A DNA stretch of 64,000 nt from an uncultured Gammaproteobacteria bacterium (GTDB lineage: Bacteria; Pseudomonadota; Gammaproteobacteria; Steroidobacterales; UBA11654), in NCBI GenBank assembly GCA_937801655.1, contig CALMWC010000003.1:2574-66573 (forward strand), in the 5' to 3' direction. The notes below the pieces were generated by a model. That model was not told where the DNA came from and made no database searches. It saw only the letters and a program-made list of their open reading frames with translations. Both the position numbers and the translations under genes were made by a program. Shown here one piece after another: positions 28,210 to 38,667 of the stretch. Positions within the stretch are counted from its first letter, which is position 1. Each line of letters starts with the position of its first letter.

Positions 28210-29318
28210 TAGCCTAGGGATTTAATACTATCACTCACTAATGACAAGCCTTCTTCAAGATAATTAGCCTCTGAGCCAATACCAAATCTTAAGTAGTTAT
28301 CCATACCATAATGATCGCCAGGGACAATTAAAACGCTTTGCTCCGTTCTGAGCTTATGAGCGTATTTTGTGCTATTAATATCCATTTGGTATCCAACAAA
28401 AGCCATCCCACCCGCCTTTGGAGGCACAAAACTAAATAAACCTTCATGTTTATCCAGCCATCTTTGGAACAACTTAAGATTAGATTCCAGCATAACGGAT
28501 GATCTTGACAGTATCTTTTCTTTGTTTGTTTTAGACATGACTTTGATGGCAATCTCTTGCGATAAAACGGATGATGTAATAGAAGAATAATCCTTACGTG
28601 ACCACATATCAGTTATCAATGAAGAATCCGCTACCACCCATCCTATTCTTAGACCCGGATGAGCAAACGACTTTGATAACCCACAACTGATGATTGCTTT
28701 TTCATAAAAATTAGCAAAGCTTTTTGTTTCTATATTGTTTAACTCAGATCCTCTGTAGACTTCATCTGAATGAACAAAAGCATCATTTTGACGGGCTATC
28801 TCAGCTAGTTCTTCCATTTCGCTATCAGACATAACAGCACCCGTAGGATTGCTTGGGTTGCATATAGATATCAGTTTAGTCTTTGGCGTGACTAAAGATC
28901 TCATTTCATCCATATCAATATGCCAGTCCAATTCTTCTTTAAGGTATATGTTTGTTATTTTAGCGCCAAGGTTTGCCACTATACCTGGAATTTGCATGTA
29001 ATTAGGAAGCACTAAAACCACTTCATCTTCAGGTTGAATTAGAGTTGTCGCCATGACAAAGTTTGCCTCAGCCGAACCATTGGTGATAAGAACATTGTCT
29101 GATTTTTTTTCTGGATACCACATGGATACTGCCTCACATAGCCTAGGGTCACCTTTGCTATAACCATAACCTATCTCCATATCCAATAGTGCTTTAACCT
29201 CTTCTTCATCCAACAGTTGATTGATGGACATTGGGTGATTTCCACTGTCGCTTAGGTTGTAATTAACTTCATTCTCATAGAGAGACTGAAAGCGTTCCAT
29301 TGCAAATTTCTTAAACAT
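28206..29318 (-). CDS. Class I/II PLP-dependent aminotransferase
   Basis: 370 aa with NPSNPTG, SDEVY and the PLP-lysine motif GLSKSFAHPGLRIGW. Substrate unknown. Overlaps the priA start by 4 nt. Confidence 0.7.
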   Translation of the reverse strand: MFKKFAMERFQSLYENEVNYNLSDSGNHPMSINQLLDEEEVKALLDMEIGYGYSKGDPRLCEAVSMWYPEKKSDNVLITNGSAEANFVMATTLIQPEDEVVLVLPNYMQIPGIVANLGAKITNIYLKEELDWHIDMDEMRSLVTPKTKLISICNPSNPTGAVMSDSEMEELAEIARQNDAFVHSDEVYRGSELNNIETKSFANFYEKAIISCGLSKSFAHPGLRIGWVVADSSLITDMWSRKDYSSITSSVLSQEIAIKVMSKTNKEKILSRSSVMLESNLKLFQRWLDKHEGLFSFVPPKAGGMAFVGYQMDINSTKYAHKLRTEQSVLIVPGDHYGMDNYLRFGIGSEANYLEEGLSLVSDSIKSLGY

Positions 29319-29361
29319 TATGCTGAGAATATCATAAGAACTATAAGAGGTGTATTGCTAT

Positions 29362-30744
29362 CTAGAGTTCTTTAATTGTTTGAACCAAGTTTGCAGCTAC
29401 CTCTTGACCATCACCATAGAGCATTCTTGTATTATCTAAAAAGAACAAACTGTTTTGTATGCCAGAGAAGCCAGCACCTTGCCCCCTTTTAACCACAATA
29501 ATATTTGCTGAATAATCAGCATCAAGTATAGGCATGCCATAGATGGGACTGGACGGGTCTGTTCTTGCAACTGGATTGACGACATCGTTTGCACCTATAA
29601 CTAAAGCCACATCACAGTTCTTAAATTCTTGATTAATTTCATCAGCATCATAAATTAAATCATAGGGCACACCAGCTTCTGCCAGCAAAACATTCATGTG
29701 ACCCGGCATTCTTCCAGCTACTGGGTGGATGGCAAACTTTACATCAACACCTCTTTCTATTAATAATTGAGAGAATTCCCATACCTTCTGTTGAGCTTGT
29801 GCAACAGCCATTCCATAACCAGGAATAATAATTACTTTTTGAGCAAAAGCCATCATAATACTTGCATCACTCGACTCTATAGGCTTCATTTCTCCTTGAC
29901 TTTCAGAGTCACCCTCTATTGAAATACTTTGGTCACCAAACCCACTAAAAAGAACGTTTCCTAAAGACCGATTCATTGCTTTTGCCATAAGTTGAGTAAG
30001 AAGCGTGCCGGCGGCACCAACGACAGTTCCAGCAATAATCATGGCATAATTTTGAAGCACATAACCTTCAAAACCAACGGCCAGACCTGTTAAAGCATTA
30101 TAGAGTGAAATCACAACAGGCATATCGGCGCCACCAATAGGGAGAGTCATCGCTATGCCAAAAATCAGGGCAATAATAAATACTGCTACGACTGGGTTTC
30201 TCATTAACTCAAAATCCATCAATATTGTAATACTGAGAAGTATTAGTGAAAGCATAATAAGAAGGTTGACAAGATTCTGCCCTTTAAACCGGAAAGAACC
30301 TTTTATTATTCCTTGCAGTTTTCCAAATGCAATTATGCTTCCTGAGAAAGAAATTGCACCAATAATGCCTCCTATGATTGCTAAGATTTCTACACTGATT
30401 TCTAGTTCATGAACTTTAAACATTTCAACAGCTGCTATAGCGGCTGCTGCACCTCCACCCATGCCATTATAGAGAGCAATCATTTGTGGCATATCAGTCA
30501 TTGCAACTTTTTTTGCAGTTATCCAAGCGAGTCCACCCCCAACTACAATTGCTATAATAATTAATTCTATATTTCCCATTCCAGGGGTAAAAAAAGTTGC
30601 CGCTGTTGCTAATAACATACCTCCACCTGCCCAAACAATACCTAGCCTTGCTGTTGTAGGCGAACTCATTCTTTTGAGTCCTAGAATAAAAACAATCGCG
30701 GCAATTAAATAACAAACTTGTATTATAATTTCACTATTCAGCAT
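29362..30744 (-). CDS. pntB: NAD(P) transhydrogenase subunit beta
   Basis: 460 aa. It has an N-terminal membrane domain and the C-terminal dIII motifs IIPGYGMAVAQAQ, HPVAGRMPGHMNVLLAEA and GANDVVNP. Confidence 0.9.
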   Translation of the reverse strand: MLNSEIIIQVCYLIAAIVFILGLKRMSSPTTARLGIVWAGGGMLLATAATFFTPGMGNIELIIIAIVVGGGLAWITAKKVAMTDMPQMIALYNGMGGGAAAAIAAVEMFKVHELEISVEILAIIGGIIGAISFSGSIIAFGKLQGIIKGSFRFKGQNLVNLLIMLSLILLSITILMDFELMRNPVVAVFIIALIFGIAMTLPIGGADMPVVISLYNALTGLAVGFEGYVLQNYAMIIAGTVVGAAGTLLTQLMAKAMNRSLGNVLFSGFGDQSISIEGDSESQGEMKPIESSDASIMMAFAQKVIIIPGYGMAVAQAQQKVWEFSQLLIERGVDVKFAIHPVAGRMPGHMNVLLAEAGVPYDLIYDADEINQEFKNCDVALVIGANDVVNPVARTDPSSPIYGMPILDADYSANIIVVKRGQGAGFSGIQNSLFFLDNTRMLYGDGQEVAANLVQTIKEL

Positions 30745-31024
30745 CTTTTTTACTCGATTTAAACATCTCTAACATTCTTTCTGTTGCGACATAACCACCC
30801 AAGGCATTGCCAGCAGCTAAAAATACTCCTATAAAACCAATGGTCTTTTCTAAGCCTGTTTCAGCAAAACCCAATGCAATCATTGCTCCCACAAGAACGA
30901 TGCCATGGATGAAGTTTGAACCGGACATCATAGGAGTATGAAGGATAACTGGGACTTTAGAGATGACCTCATAGCCAGTGAAAGCGGCTAAGATAAAAAT
31001 ATAAATTGCTATAAATGTTTCCAT
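30734..31024 (-). CDS. pntAB: NAD(P) transhydrogenase subunit alpha, membrane part 2
   Basis: 96 aa with three TM helices (FTGYEVISKVPVILHTPMMSGSNFIHGIV). It lies between pntAA and pntB and overlaps pntB by 11 nt. Confidence 0.8.
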   Translation of the reverse strand: METFIAIYIFILAAFTGYEVISKVPVILHTPMMSGSNFIHGIVLVGAMIALGFAETGLEKTIGFIGVFLAAGNALGGYVATERMLEMFKSSKKDAE

Positions 31025-31039
31025 TATCTCTTATTTGTA

Positions 31040-32152
31040 TTAATTGTTATTAAAAGTAATATTACCTTCTTTCGTGAGGTTGGATTCTGAAAAAATTTCA
31101 TCCTCCCAATCTATTACTAATCCATTTTCACCTAAAGCAGGAGTAATGAAGTTTGCTAGATTTCTAGCATATAATTCACTGGCATGCTTAGGCATGGTTG
31201 AAGCTAAGTTTGTTGGACCTAAAATTATCACATCATTGTGTTTAACTAGTTCATCTGGCTTTGTTAGTTCACAATTACCACCTGACATTGCTCCAAGATC
31301 AATAATAACTGAGCCTGGTTGCATCGCTTCAACTGATTTTTGATCAATTAATCTAGGTGCTGGCTTGCCAGGAACTGCTGCTGTAGTAATCACTACATCT
31401 GAGGCAGCAATAGTATTTGATAGTATTTCTTTTTGTTGATCTAGTTCTTCTTGGTTAAGCTCTCTTGCATACCCACCCTCTCCTTCAGCGGAAACACCAG
31501 TGTCTACAAATTGTGCACCTAAAGATTCAATCTGTTCTTTGGAGTTTGCTCTTACATCAAAAGCCAACACTCTTGATCCTAAGCGCTTAGCTGTTGCTAT
31601 TGCCTGAAGTCCAGCAACTCCCGCTCCCATAATTAATGTTTGAGCCGGCCTGACAGTTCCAGCTGCTGTTGTTAACATGGGAAAAAACTTATTTATTTTA
31701 TTTGCCGCAAGCAACACTGACTTATAACCAGCTATAGAGGCTTGTGATGACAAAGCATCCATTGATTGAGCTCTAGAGATTCTTGGAATGAGTTCCATTG
31801 AGAAAGCCTGTAACTTGTTCTCAGCCATTGCTTTAATTAATTCTTGATTGTTGAAAGGATCCATAAAACTAACCACGACAGTCTCTTGCTGTAACAACTG
31901 TATCTCTGCTAATGTCGGCGCATTAACTTTTAGCAATACATTGCAATTGGCTAAAACCTCTTCAGGTGTTTTGTATAGTGTTGTGAAGTCAGATTTAAAT
32001 GAATCGTCTAGGTAGCCTGCTTTCTTCCCAGCATTGGATTGGATATGAAATATAGCTCCGCTTTTGGATAGTTTTTCACAGATTTCAGGTACTACAGCAA
32101 CCCTAGCTTCTTCCGCTTTTGTCTCTTGAATAATGCCAATATTGATTGTCAT
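31040..32152 (-). CDS. pntAA: NAD(P) transhydrogenase subunit alpha, soluble part 1 (dI)
   Basis: 370 aa. Alanine-dehydrogenase/PNT fold: ETKAEEARVA, RISRAQSMDALSSQ, IMGAGVAGLQAIATAKRLG. Confidence 0.85.
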   Translation of the reverse strand: MTINIGIIQETKAEEARVAVVPEICEKLSKSGAIFHIQSNAGKKAGYLDDSFKSDFTTLYKTPEEVLANCNVLLKVNAPTLAEIQLLQQETVVVSFMDPFNNQELIKAMAENKLQAFSMELIPRISRAQSMDALSSQASIAGYKSVLLAANKINKFFPMLTTAAGTVRPAQTLIMGAGVAGLQAIATAKRLGSRVLAFDVRANSKEQIESLGAQFVDTGVSAEGEGGYARELNQEELDQQKEILSNTIAASDVVITTAAVPGKPAPRLIDQKSVEAMQPGSVIIDLGAMSGGNCELTKPDELVKHNDVIILGPTNLASTMPKHASELYARNLANFITPALGENGLVIDWEDEIFSESNLTKEGNITFNNN

Positions 32153-32320
32153 GCGAGCCTATAAGTTTTTCGAAATAGTTAAAAGATTCAAAATCAGTAT
32201 ATTTGTGCAAAATCCTAACATGATTCGAGAAAAAACCAAGAAAAAAAAGAAGTATCTTTAATATTTTAAACATAAGACAATTGCTTAATACTATTTATCT
32301 AAAAAATAATAAAAATACAT

Positions 32321-32923
32321 ATGGCAAATTATCATCAATCATTAAGAATAGACACCAGTGGCTTGCCATTGGAGTGGATTGATTATAAAGATGCCACTAA
32401 GCTTTATGCAGTTGAGCAAGTGGTTTATACACTGGGTAATGAGCTCTATACAATCTATGGCGGTGTGAATGCTGTTTCTGGAGAGAGAAGCCAAATTACT
32501 GTGAATTCTATTATTGCAACTGAAGGCAGAACAAAACATTTTCAAGATAAGATGAGGGAATATATTCCTCCATTGAATAATCAGACTTTATTTAAAAGAG
32601 ATGCACATTTATGTATGTATTGTGGGGTACGCTATAGCAGAAGAGAGCTAACACGAGATCACATTACACCCGTGAGCCAAGGTGGAGAAGATCATTGGAA
32701 AAACGTGGTGAGCGCTTGCAAACGTTGCAATCATCATAAAGGAGGGAGAACACCGGAGCAGGCAGGCATAGAATTATTAGCTATTCCATTTGTACCTAAT
32801 TATGCCGAGTATATCTATTTGCAAGGAAGAAATATTCTTGCTGATCAAATGAAGTTTTTGCTAGGCTATATTCCAAAAAACAGCCCATTACATAGAAGAA
32901 TTAAGTTAGAGCGAACAACTTAA
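32321..32923 (+). CDS. HNH endonuclease-domain protein
   Basis: 200 aa with the HNH core CMYCG..TRDHITPVSQGGEDHWKNVVSACKRCNHHKGGRTPEQAG. About 95 aa of N-terminal sequence has no family I recognise. Confidence 0.7.
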   Translation: MANYHQSLRIDTSGLPLEWIDYKDATKLYAVEQVVYTLGNELYTIYGGVNAVSGERSQITVNSIIATEGRTKHFQDKMREYIPPLNNQTLFKRDAHLCMYCGVRYSRRELTRDHITPVSQGGEDHWKNVVSACKRCNHHKGGRTPEQAGIELLAIPFVPNYAEYIYLQGRNILADQMKFLLGYIPKNSPLHRRIKLERTT

Positions 32924-32950
32924 AAATAATTTTCAATAGAGATATTTTTA

Positions 32951-34915
32951 ATGAATGATAAAACTATAGAGTCTATCCTTAAAGAAAACAGAAGTTTTAC
33001 ACCCACACAGAATTTTGTAAAAGAGGCCAAGCTAAAGGAATCTGACTTACAAGGTTTGAGAAAAAAAGCTGAAGAAGATTATGAAGAATATTGGGCAGAT
33101 CTGGCAAGACATAACATTCACTGGTTCAAGGATTTTACGCAAACCTTAGACTCATCTAACGCCCCTAATTATGAATGGTTTTCTGACGGAGAACTTAATG
33201 TTTCATATAACTGTCTGGACGTGCATGCCAGTATGATGCCTAACAAGAAGGCAATTATCTTTGAGAGCGAAGACGGCGAAGTTCAAACTTTTACTTATAA
33301 AGATTTACTGGAAGAGGTTTCTGCTTTCTCCAATGGTTTACTCAAGCTTGGAATTCAGCCCATGGATCGAGTAATTATTTATATGCCGATGGTTCCAGAG
33401 GCTATCATTGCAATGCAAGCTTGTGCAAGAATTGGGGCAGTGCACTCAGTAGTATTTGGAGGGTTTTCTGCTAATGCTTTAAGAGATCGTATTAGTGATG
33501 CAGGGGCTAAAATAGTAATAACAGCTGATGGCGCTTACAGGGGCGGCAAAATTATTCCATTGAAAGAATCAACTGATACTGCTCTAGAGCGTGATTGTGA
33601 ATGCATAGAACATGTTGTTGTGTTGAAAAGGACTAATGCAAGCATTGCGATGAATGCAGAACGAGACATTTGGTGGGACAGCTTAATTCAGGAAGAAAAC
33701 AGACATTGCGATGCTATTTCACTGCCATCTGAGCATCCATTATTTATATTATATACCTCAGGATCCACTGGAAAACCTAAGGGCATACAACATTCTTCTG
33801 GCGGGTATATTTTGCATGCAAAATTAACAAATCAATGGGTGTTTGATCTTAAAGATGATGATGTTTTTTGGTGCACAGCAGACGTTGGTTGGATTACAGG
33901 ACATAGCTATGTTGCCTATGGACCACTAGCCGCAGGTGCCACTATTATGATATATGAAGGAGCACCTACATACCCCCATGGTGGTCGCTTTTGGGAGATA
34001 TGCCAAAAACACAAAGTAACAATATTTTATACTGCCCCTACAGCCATCAGAGCATTAATGAAGCTGGGAGATGAGTTACCAAACACCTATGATTTATCTT
34101 CGATAAGGTTGCTGGGAACAGTTGGTGAGCCAATTAATCCAGAGGCATGGATTTGGTACCATAAAACAATTGGCAAGGAGCAATGTCCCATCGTTGATAC
34201 TTGGTGGCAAACAGAAACTGGAGGGATCATGATTAGCCCCATTCCCTCTGAAATAGCGACTAAACCAGGTTCTTGTACAATACCATTGCCGGGAATTTTT
34301 GCGGATATTGTTGATGAATCAGGCAATCTAGTAACCGAGCCTTACCAAGGAGGCTATTTAGTGATTAAAAAACCTTGGCCTTCAATGCTGAGAACAATCT
34401 GGGGAGACAATGATAGGTATGTCGAAACCTATTGGCAGAAATTCAATAACGAGTTTTATGTTGCTGGGGATAGCGCTCATAGAGATAAAGAAGGATATTT
34501 TTGGATATTAGGAAGAATTGATGATGTATTAAATGTATCAGGTCACCGATTGGGAACCATGGAAGTAGAGTCAGCATTGGTTGCTCATCCTGATATAGCG
34601 GAAGCAGCAGTAGTTGGGAAACCTCATGAAATTAAAGGCGAAGGTATTTTTGCATACGTAGTTCCAAAGGGCAAACGGCCATTAGGTGATGATGCCAAAA
34701 AAATGACAGTCACACTTAGAGATTGGGTTGCAGAGCAAGTAGGGTCCATCGCAAAACCAGATGAAATAAGATATTCAGATAATTTACCAAAGACTCGATC
34801 TGGAAAAATTATGAGGCGACTACTTAGATCTATAGCAAGAAATGAGGAGATTACACAGGATATATCTACCTTAGAAGATGAGAGTATTATAGAGCAACTC
34901 CAAGGAAAAGATTAA
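32951..34915 (+). CDS. acs: Acetyl-CoA synthetase
   Basis: 654 aa. Motifs: [79 protein letters not shown]. Confidence 0.95.
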   Translation: MNDKTIESILKENRSFTPTQNFVKEAKLKESDLQGLRKKAEEDYEEYWADLARHNIHWFKDFTQTLDSSNAPNYEWFSDGELNVSYNCLDVHASMMPNKKAIIFESEDGEVQTFTYKDLLEEVSAFSNGLLKLGIQPMDRVIIYMPMVPEAIIAMQACARIGAVHSVVFGGFSANALRDRISDAGAKIVITADGAYRGGKIIPLKESTDTALERDCECIEHVVVLKRTNASIAMNAERDIWWDSLIQEENRHCDAISLPSEHPLFILYTSGSTGKPKGIQHSSGGYILHAKLTNQWVFDLKDDDVFWCTADVGWITGHSYVAYGPLAAGATIMIYEGAPTYPHGGRFWEICQKHKVTIFYTAPTAIRALMKLGDELPNTYDLSSIRLLGTVGEPINPEAWIWYHKTIGKEQCPIVDTWWQTETGGIMISPIPSEIATKPGSCTIPLPGIFADIVDESGNLVTEPYQGGYLVIKKPWPSMLRTIWGDNDRYVETYWQKFNNEFYVAGDSAHRDKEGYFWILGRIDDVLNVSGHRLGTMEVESALVAHPDIAEAAVVGKPHEIKGEGIFAYVVPKGKRPLGDDAKKMTVTLRDWVAEQVGSIAKPDEIRYSDNLPKTRSGKIMRRLLRSIARNEEITQDISTLEDESIIEQLQGKD

Positions 34916-36273
34916 TCAGTACTTTCAGCGGTACTCTGTAATTGTCTAAAAATTATTTTATACCAAATAACCCCAGCAATAGCAGCTAAAACATTGGAGA
35001 TAACTTGGCCCATAAAAACCCCTTTAATACCATATATTGAGGCTAAAAAATAGGCCATTGGGACATATATGAGTAGCGTTCTTGATATGGAAATAGTCAT
35101 CGCAGGTATTGGCTTACCAAGTGCATTAAAGGACCCATTGCATAGTGCAACCAGTCCTAAAAAGCCATAACCCCAAGGCGTATAAGTCAATTGTATTTTT
35201 GCAATTCGAATGACTTCAGGTTCTTGTGTGAAGAAGCCCAATAATGGACCAGAGAACGCATAAAAAATAATAATACAGAAAATAGCATAAAACAGCGATA
35301 GTCTTGCACAGAATTTAAAACCATCAGTAAGACGATCAAATCTTTTTGCTCCAAAATTCTGTCCAACATAGGGTGCTACTGCACCTCCTAGTGAAATAAA
35401 AATAACGATCATTAAGGCCTCAATTCGTCCAGCCAAGCCAAAAGCAGCAACCGCTGCTTGACCATAACTACTAACCAAAGCGGTTACTAAAGCAGATGAT
35501 AAAGGGGCTATTAAGTTGCTTGCAATAGCGGGTAGTCCCACATGAAGTATTTTCTTCCAAGAATAGAGTATTGATTTAATTGTTTGGTTTCTAAATTGAA
35601 TTAAGTCATCTCTAAAAATAAGAACGGAAAGTGATGCAATTAGAAAGATGATATTAGCAGCTACACTGGCTAAAGCTGCACCTTGAACTCCTAATGCAGG
35701 AGCTCCAAACCAACCAAAAATCAGTATCGGATCTAAAATAGCATTTATAATTGCAGAAGATGCCATCAGCAAGGAAGGAGTTTTTGCGTCTCCTGATGCT
35801 CTCAAGACTGCATTCCCAATCATTGGAACAGCTAAAAATAAAGCACCCCAAAAATACACTTCCATATATTCTCTTACATAAGGCATTGTTTCTTCATTGG
35901 CCCCAAGTAACCCAAATATAAGATCTATTGATGATAATCCAGCAATAGTTAGAAGAGAACCTGAAACCACAGCAAGAATCATAGAGTGAGTTGCTATCTC
36001 TCTCACCATTTTTTTATCATCAGAACCAATAGCTCTTGCAGCTAATGACGAGGTTCCAACTCCAAGCCCCATAACAACTCCACTGACTATAAACCAAACT
36101 GGGAATGCATAACTAACGGCAGCTAATTGAATATACCCCAGTTTCCCAATAAAATAGGCATCAACCAAGCCATTACCTATCATTACTATCAAACCTATAA
36201 CCATTGGTGCCATCATTGATATAATCGCCGCTGATGGCTTACCTTGAGTTAATTTTGCTTTATCAGATTTCAT
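34912..36273 (-). CDS. MATE-family efflux transporter
   Basis: 453 aa and about 12 TM helices. The N-terminal pattern ([24 protein letters not shown]) and internal duplication are typical of MATE/NorM proteins. Confidence 0.8.
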   Translation of the reverse strand: MKSDKAKLTQGKPSAAIISMMAPMVIGLIVMIGNGLVDAYFIGKLGYIQLAAVSYAFPVWFIVSGVVMGLGVGTSSLAARAIGSDDKKMVREIATHSMILAVVSGSLLTIAGLSSIDLIFGLLGANEETMPYVREYMEVYFWGALFLAVPMIGNAVLRASGDAKTPSLLMASSAIINAILDPILIFGWFGAPALGVQGAALASVAANIIFLIASLSVLIFRDDLIQFRNQTIKSILYSWKKILHVGLPAIASNLIAPLSSALVTALVSSYGQAAVAAFGLAGRIEALMIVIFISLGGAVAPYVGQNFGAKRFDRLTDGFKFCARLSLFYAIFCIIIFYAFSGPLLGFFTQEPEVIRIAKIQLTYTPWGYGFLGLVALCNGSFNALGKPIPAMTISISRTLLIYVPMAYFLASIYGIKGVFMGQVISNVLAAIAGVIWYKIIFRQLQSTAESTD

Positions 36274-36331
36274 GATTTAATTGATCAATTTTGCTGAATC
36301 ATACAGCGATAAGGCTTGAATGCAATTGGTA

Positions 36332-37789
36332 TTATTCGTCAATCCCTGCGATTGAGATGTATTTAATTTCTAGGTAGTCATCCATGCCATATTTTGAACC
36401 CTCTCTTCCCATACCGGACTCTTTTATTCCACCAAATGGAGCCATTTCTGAGGATACTATTCCAGTATTCAAGCCTACCATGCCATATTCTAGTTGCTCT
36501 GACACTCTCCAGCTTTTAGCTAAATCACGGGTATAGAAATAAGAAGCAAGACCATAAGGAGAGTCATTTGCTCTTTGAATTACTTCTCCTTCAGTCTCAA
36601 AAGAAAAAATAGGAGCAATTGGCCCAAAAGTCTCTTCATTCGCTACTAGCATTTTATCGCTCGCATTTTTAATGATTGTTGGCTCAAAAAAGAGTCCACC
36701 CAATGCATGCGTTGATCCACCCAAAGCAATAACACCTCCAAGCTCTATTGCATTGCTTATATGTTTCTTTATTTTTATTAAAGCATTTTCATCAATTAAA
36801 GGGCCTTGATCTGTATCGTCATCTAATCCATCACCAGTTTTAATTGATTTTACTTTTTCTATAAAGCCTTCACAGAACTCTTCATAAACTTGTGATTGCA
36901 CATAAATTCTATTGGCACAAACACAAGTTTGGCCTGAGTTTCTGTATTTGGCTGCGATCGCTCCATCAATCGCTGATTCAAGATCAGCATCATCAAATAC
37001 TATAAATGGAGCATGGCCACCTAATTCAAGAGAGACTCTTTTAACAGTATCAGCCGAGGCTTTGAGTAATTTTTTTCCAGTAGCTGTGGATCCTGTAAAG
37101 GTAAGCTTCCTGACTGCCGAACTCTTTAGTATTGCATCACCAAAAATTTCAGCATCACTTATTATCACATTAAACAAGCCTTTTGGTAGACCAGCCTCTT
37201 TTGATAGATGAGCTAATGCTAAGGCAGAGTATGGTGTTTGAGGAGCAGGCTTACAAACCATAGCACAACCAGAGGCCAGTGCTGGGCCCATTTTCCTAGC
37301 AAGCATTGCTGAAGGGAAGTTCCATGGGGTAATGCAACCAACAACACCTATGGGTTGTTTCAAGACAACCGTTCTTCTGTCTGACATATGTCCAGGTATG
37401 ATATCTCCATAAACTCTTTTAGCCTCTTCGGCAAACCATTGTATATATGCAGCTCCATAAAGAATTTCACCTCTGGATTCTAGCAAGGGTTTGCCTTGCT
37501 CATAGGTAATAATTTTTGCTAAATCATCTTGGTTTTCAAGCATCAGTGAATACAATTTATGGAGGACTTCTGATTTTTCTTTTGAAGGAACTTTAGCCCA
37601 TTTTTTTTGGGCGATAAAGGCGGCTTCAATTGCTTTGTTTATTTCCTCCAGTCCACATCTTGATACAGTACCAATTTTTTCTTGATTGGCAGGATTGAAT
37701 ATTGTTGTAGTTGCTCCATCCAATGTCTCCAGCCATTCTCCATCAATATAGGACTGGTGCTTAATAAGATGTTTATTTATTATTTCCAT
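36332..37789 (-). CDS. gabD: NAD(P)+-dependent succinate-semialdehyde dehydrogenase (aldehyde dehydrogenase family)
   Basis: 485 aa with ITPWNFP, LELGGHAPFIVFDDAD (catalytic Glu), RNSGQTCVCANR (catalytic Cys) and EETFGP. The overall motif set is GabD-like. Confidence 0.8.
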   Translation of the reverse strand: MEIINKHLIKHQSYIDGEWLETLDGATTTIFNPANQEKIGTVSRCGLEEINKAIEAAFIAQKKWAKVPSKEKSEVLHKLYSLMLENQDDLAKIITYEQGKPLLESRGEILYGAAYIQWFAEEAKRVYGDIIPGHMSDRRTVVLKQPIGVVGCITPWNFPSAMLARKMGPALASGCAMVCKPAPQTPYSALALAHLSKEAGLPKGLFNVIISDAEIFGDAILKSSAVRKLTFTGSTATGKKLLKASADTVKRVSLELGGHAPFIVFDDADLESAIDGAIAAKYRNSGQTCVCANRIYVQSQVYEEFCEGFIEKVKSIKTGDGLDDDTDQGPLIDENALIKIKKHISNAIELGGVIALGGSTHALGGLFFEPTIIKNASDKMLVANEETFGPIAPIFSFETEGEVIQRANDSPYGLASYFYTRDLAKSWRVSEQLEYGMVGLNTGIVSSEMAPFGGIKESGMGREGSKYGMDDYLEIKYISIAGIDE

Positions 37790-37838
37790 TTTTTTAGAGC
37801 ACGCTTACATAAAATTAAGATGCGATGAAGACTTATAC

Positions 37839-38663
37839 TTAGCCACCACTTCTAAAGCGTTCCATGACCTCGGGATCCATACCAACTGATTTAGCAAGTT
37901 CAGTAAAAATTTCAGAAGTTACAACCGCTTCTTTTTTTTCAATAGCATGTTCTTCAGTACTTTGAATAACCATCTTTCTAAGTGGTGGTGGAACATTCAT
38001 AAGCATTTTCATAGCTTCTTTATCCCACTCCATATTGGTAACCGCATCTGCCCCTTGCATTGCATTCTTAGGCTGCCCCAACCTATGCTTCGTTAGTTCA
38101 CCAACGGTTGTATGAAAGTAATCTTGTCTTGCTTCATCACCCATACCAATAGGGAGGTTCATTGTTCTTATACGCTCTTCTCTGCCCATTGTTTCCAGTT
38201 CTTCATCTACTACAATTGCTTGAATTGTAGCGATAACAATACCAGTGCTTTTCTCTAACTTTACAATTTCATCGACAGTGCATTCAGCAATTTGTGGACA
38301 CTCTTTTAAGCTCGGAGGCTTTACCTTTAAAGATGGAATTTGAGTAAACTTTGTGAACTCTAACTCATTGACCCCTTCTGGATAGAATTTAGCTGTTTCC
38401 ATCATGTCATCCAAGTGGGAAGCACTAGGACAATTAATCACAAATTCACCTGTATCACAAATGTTCACAAAAGAATGAGAGTCTTGGCGAAAACCAACAA
38501 TCATTCTTGGGTTTTTCGTCATAACATCATATTGCATGATATGAGAATAAGGACCAGCATTAACATTCCCCTCTTTGTCTAGAGTAGTGATAATAGTAAT
38601 CAGTTTTGGAAACAACCAAATATCTGAATACCAAAAAGGCTTAATCTTGATTTCTTTTTTCAT
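37839..38663 (-). CDS. Flavin-reductase-like domain protein with a C-terminal PCP-reductase-like domain
   Basis: 274 aa. Residues 15-165 look like the FMN-binding split barrel (ITTLDKEGNVNAGPYS, GEFVINC, AECTV). The C-terminus WDKEAMKMLMNVPPPLRKMVIQSTEEHAIEKKEAVVTSEIF resembles the PCP_red motif (W..EA...L..iP.fvR). Confidence 0.55.
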   Translation of the reverse strand: MKKEIKIKPFWYSDIWLFPKLITIITTLDKEGNVNAGPYSHIMQYDVMTKNPRMIVGFRQDSHSFVNICDTGEFVINCPSASHLDDMMETAKFYPEGVNELEFTKFTQIPSLKVKPPSLKECPQIAECTVDEIVKLEKSTGIVIATIQAIVVDEELETMGREERIRTMNLPIGMGDEARQDYFHTTVGELTKHRLGQPKNAMQGADAVTNMEWDKEAMKMLMNVPPPLRKMVIQSTEEHAIEKKEAVVTSEIFTELAKSVGMDPEVMERFRSGG

Positions 38664-38667
38664 ATTT

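Noticed and set aside
30734-32152. Three-gene (pntAA/pntAB/pntB) form of transhydrogenase, considered as a sign of horizontal origin.
   Set aside because: The split alpha subunit is a well-known natural variant in many bacteria. Composition and spacing look like the rest of the window.
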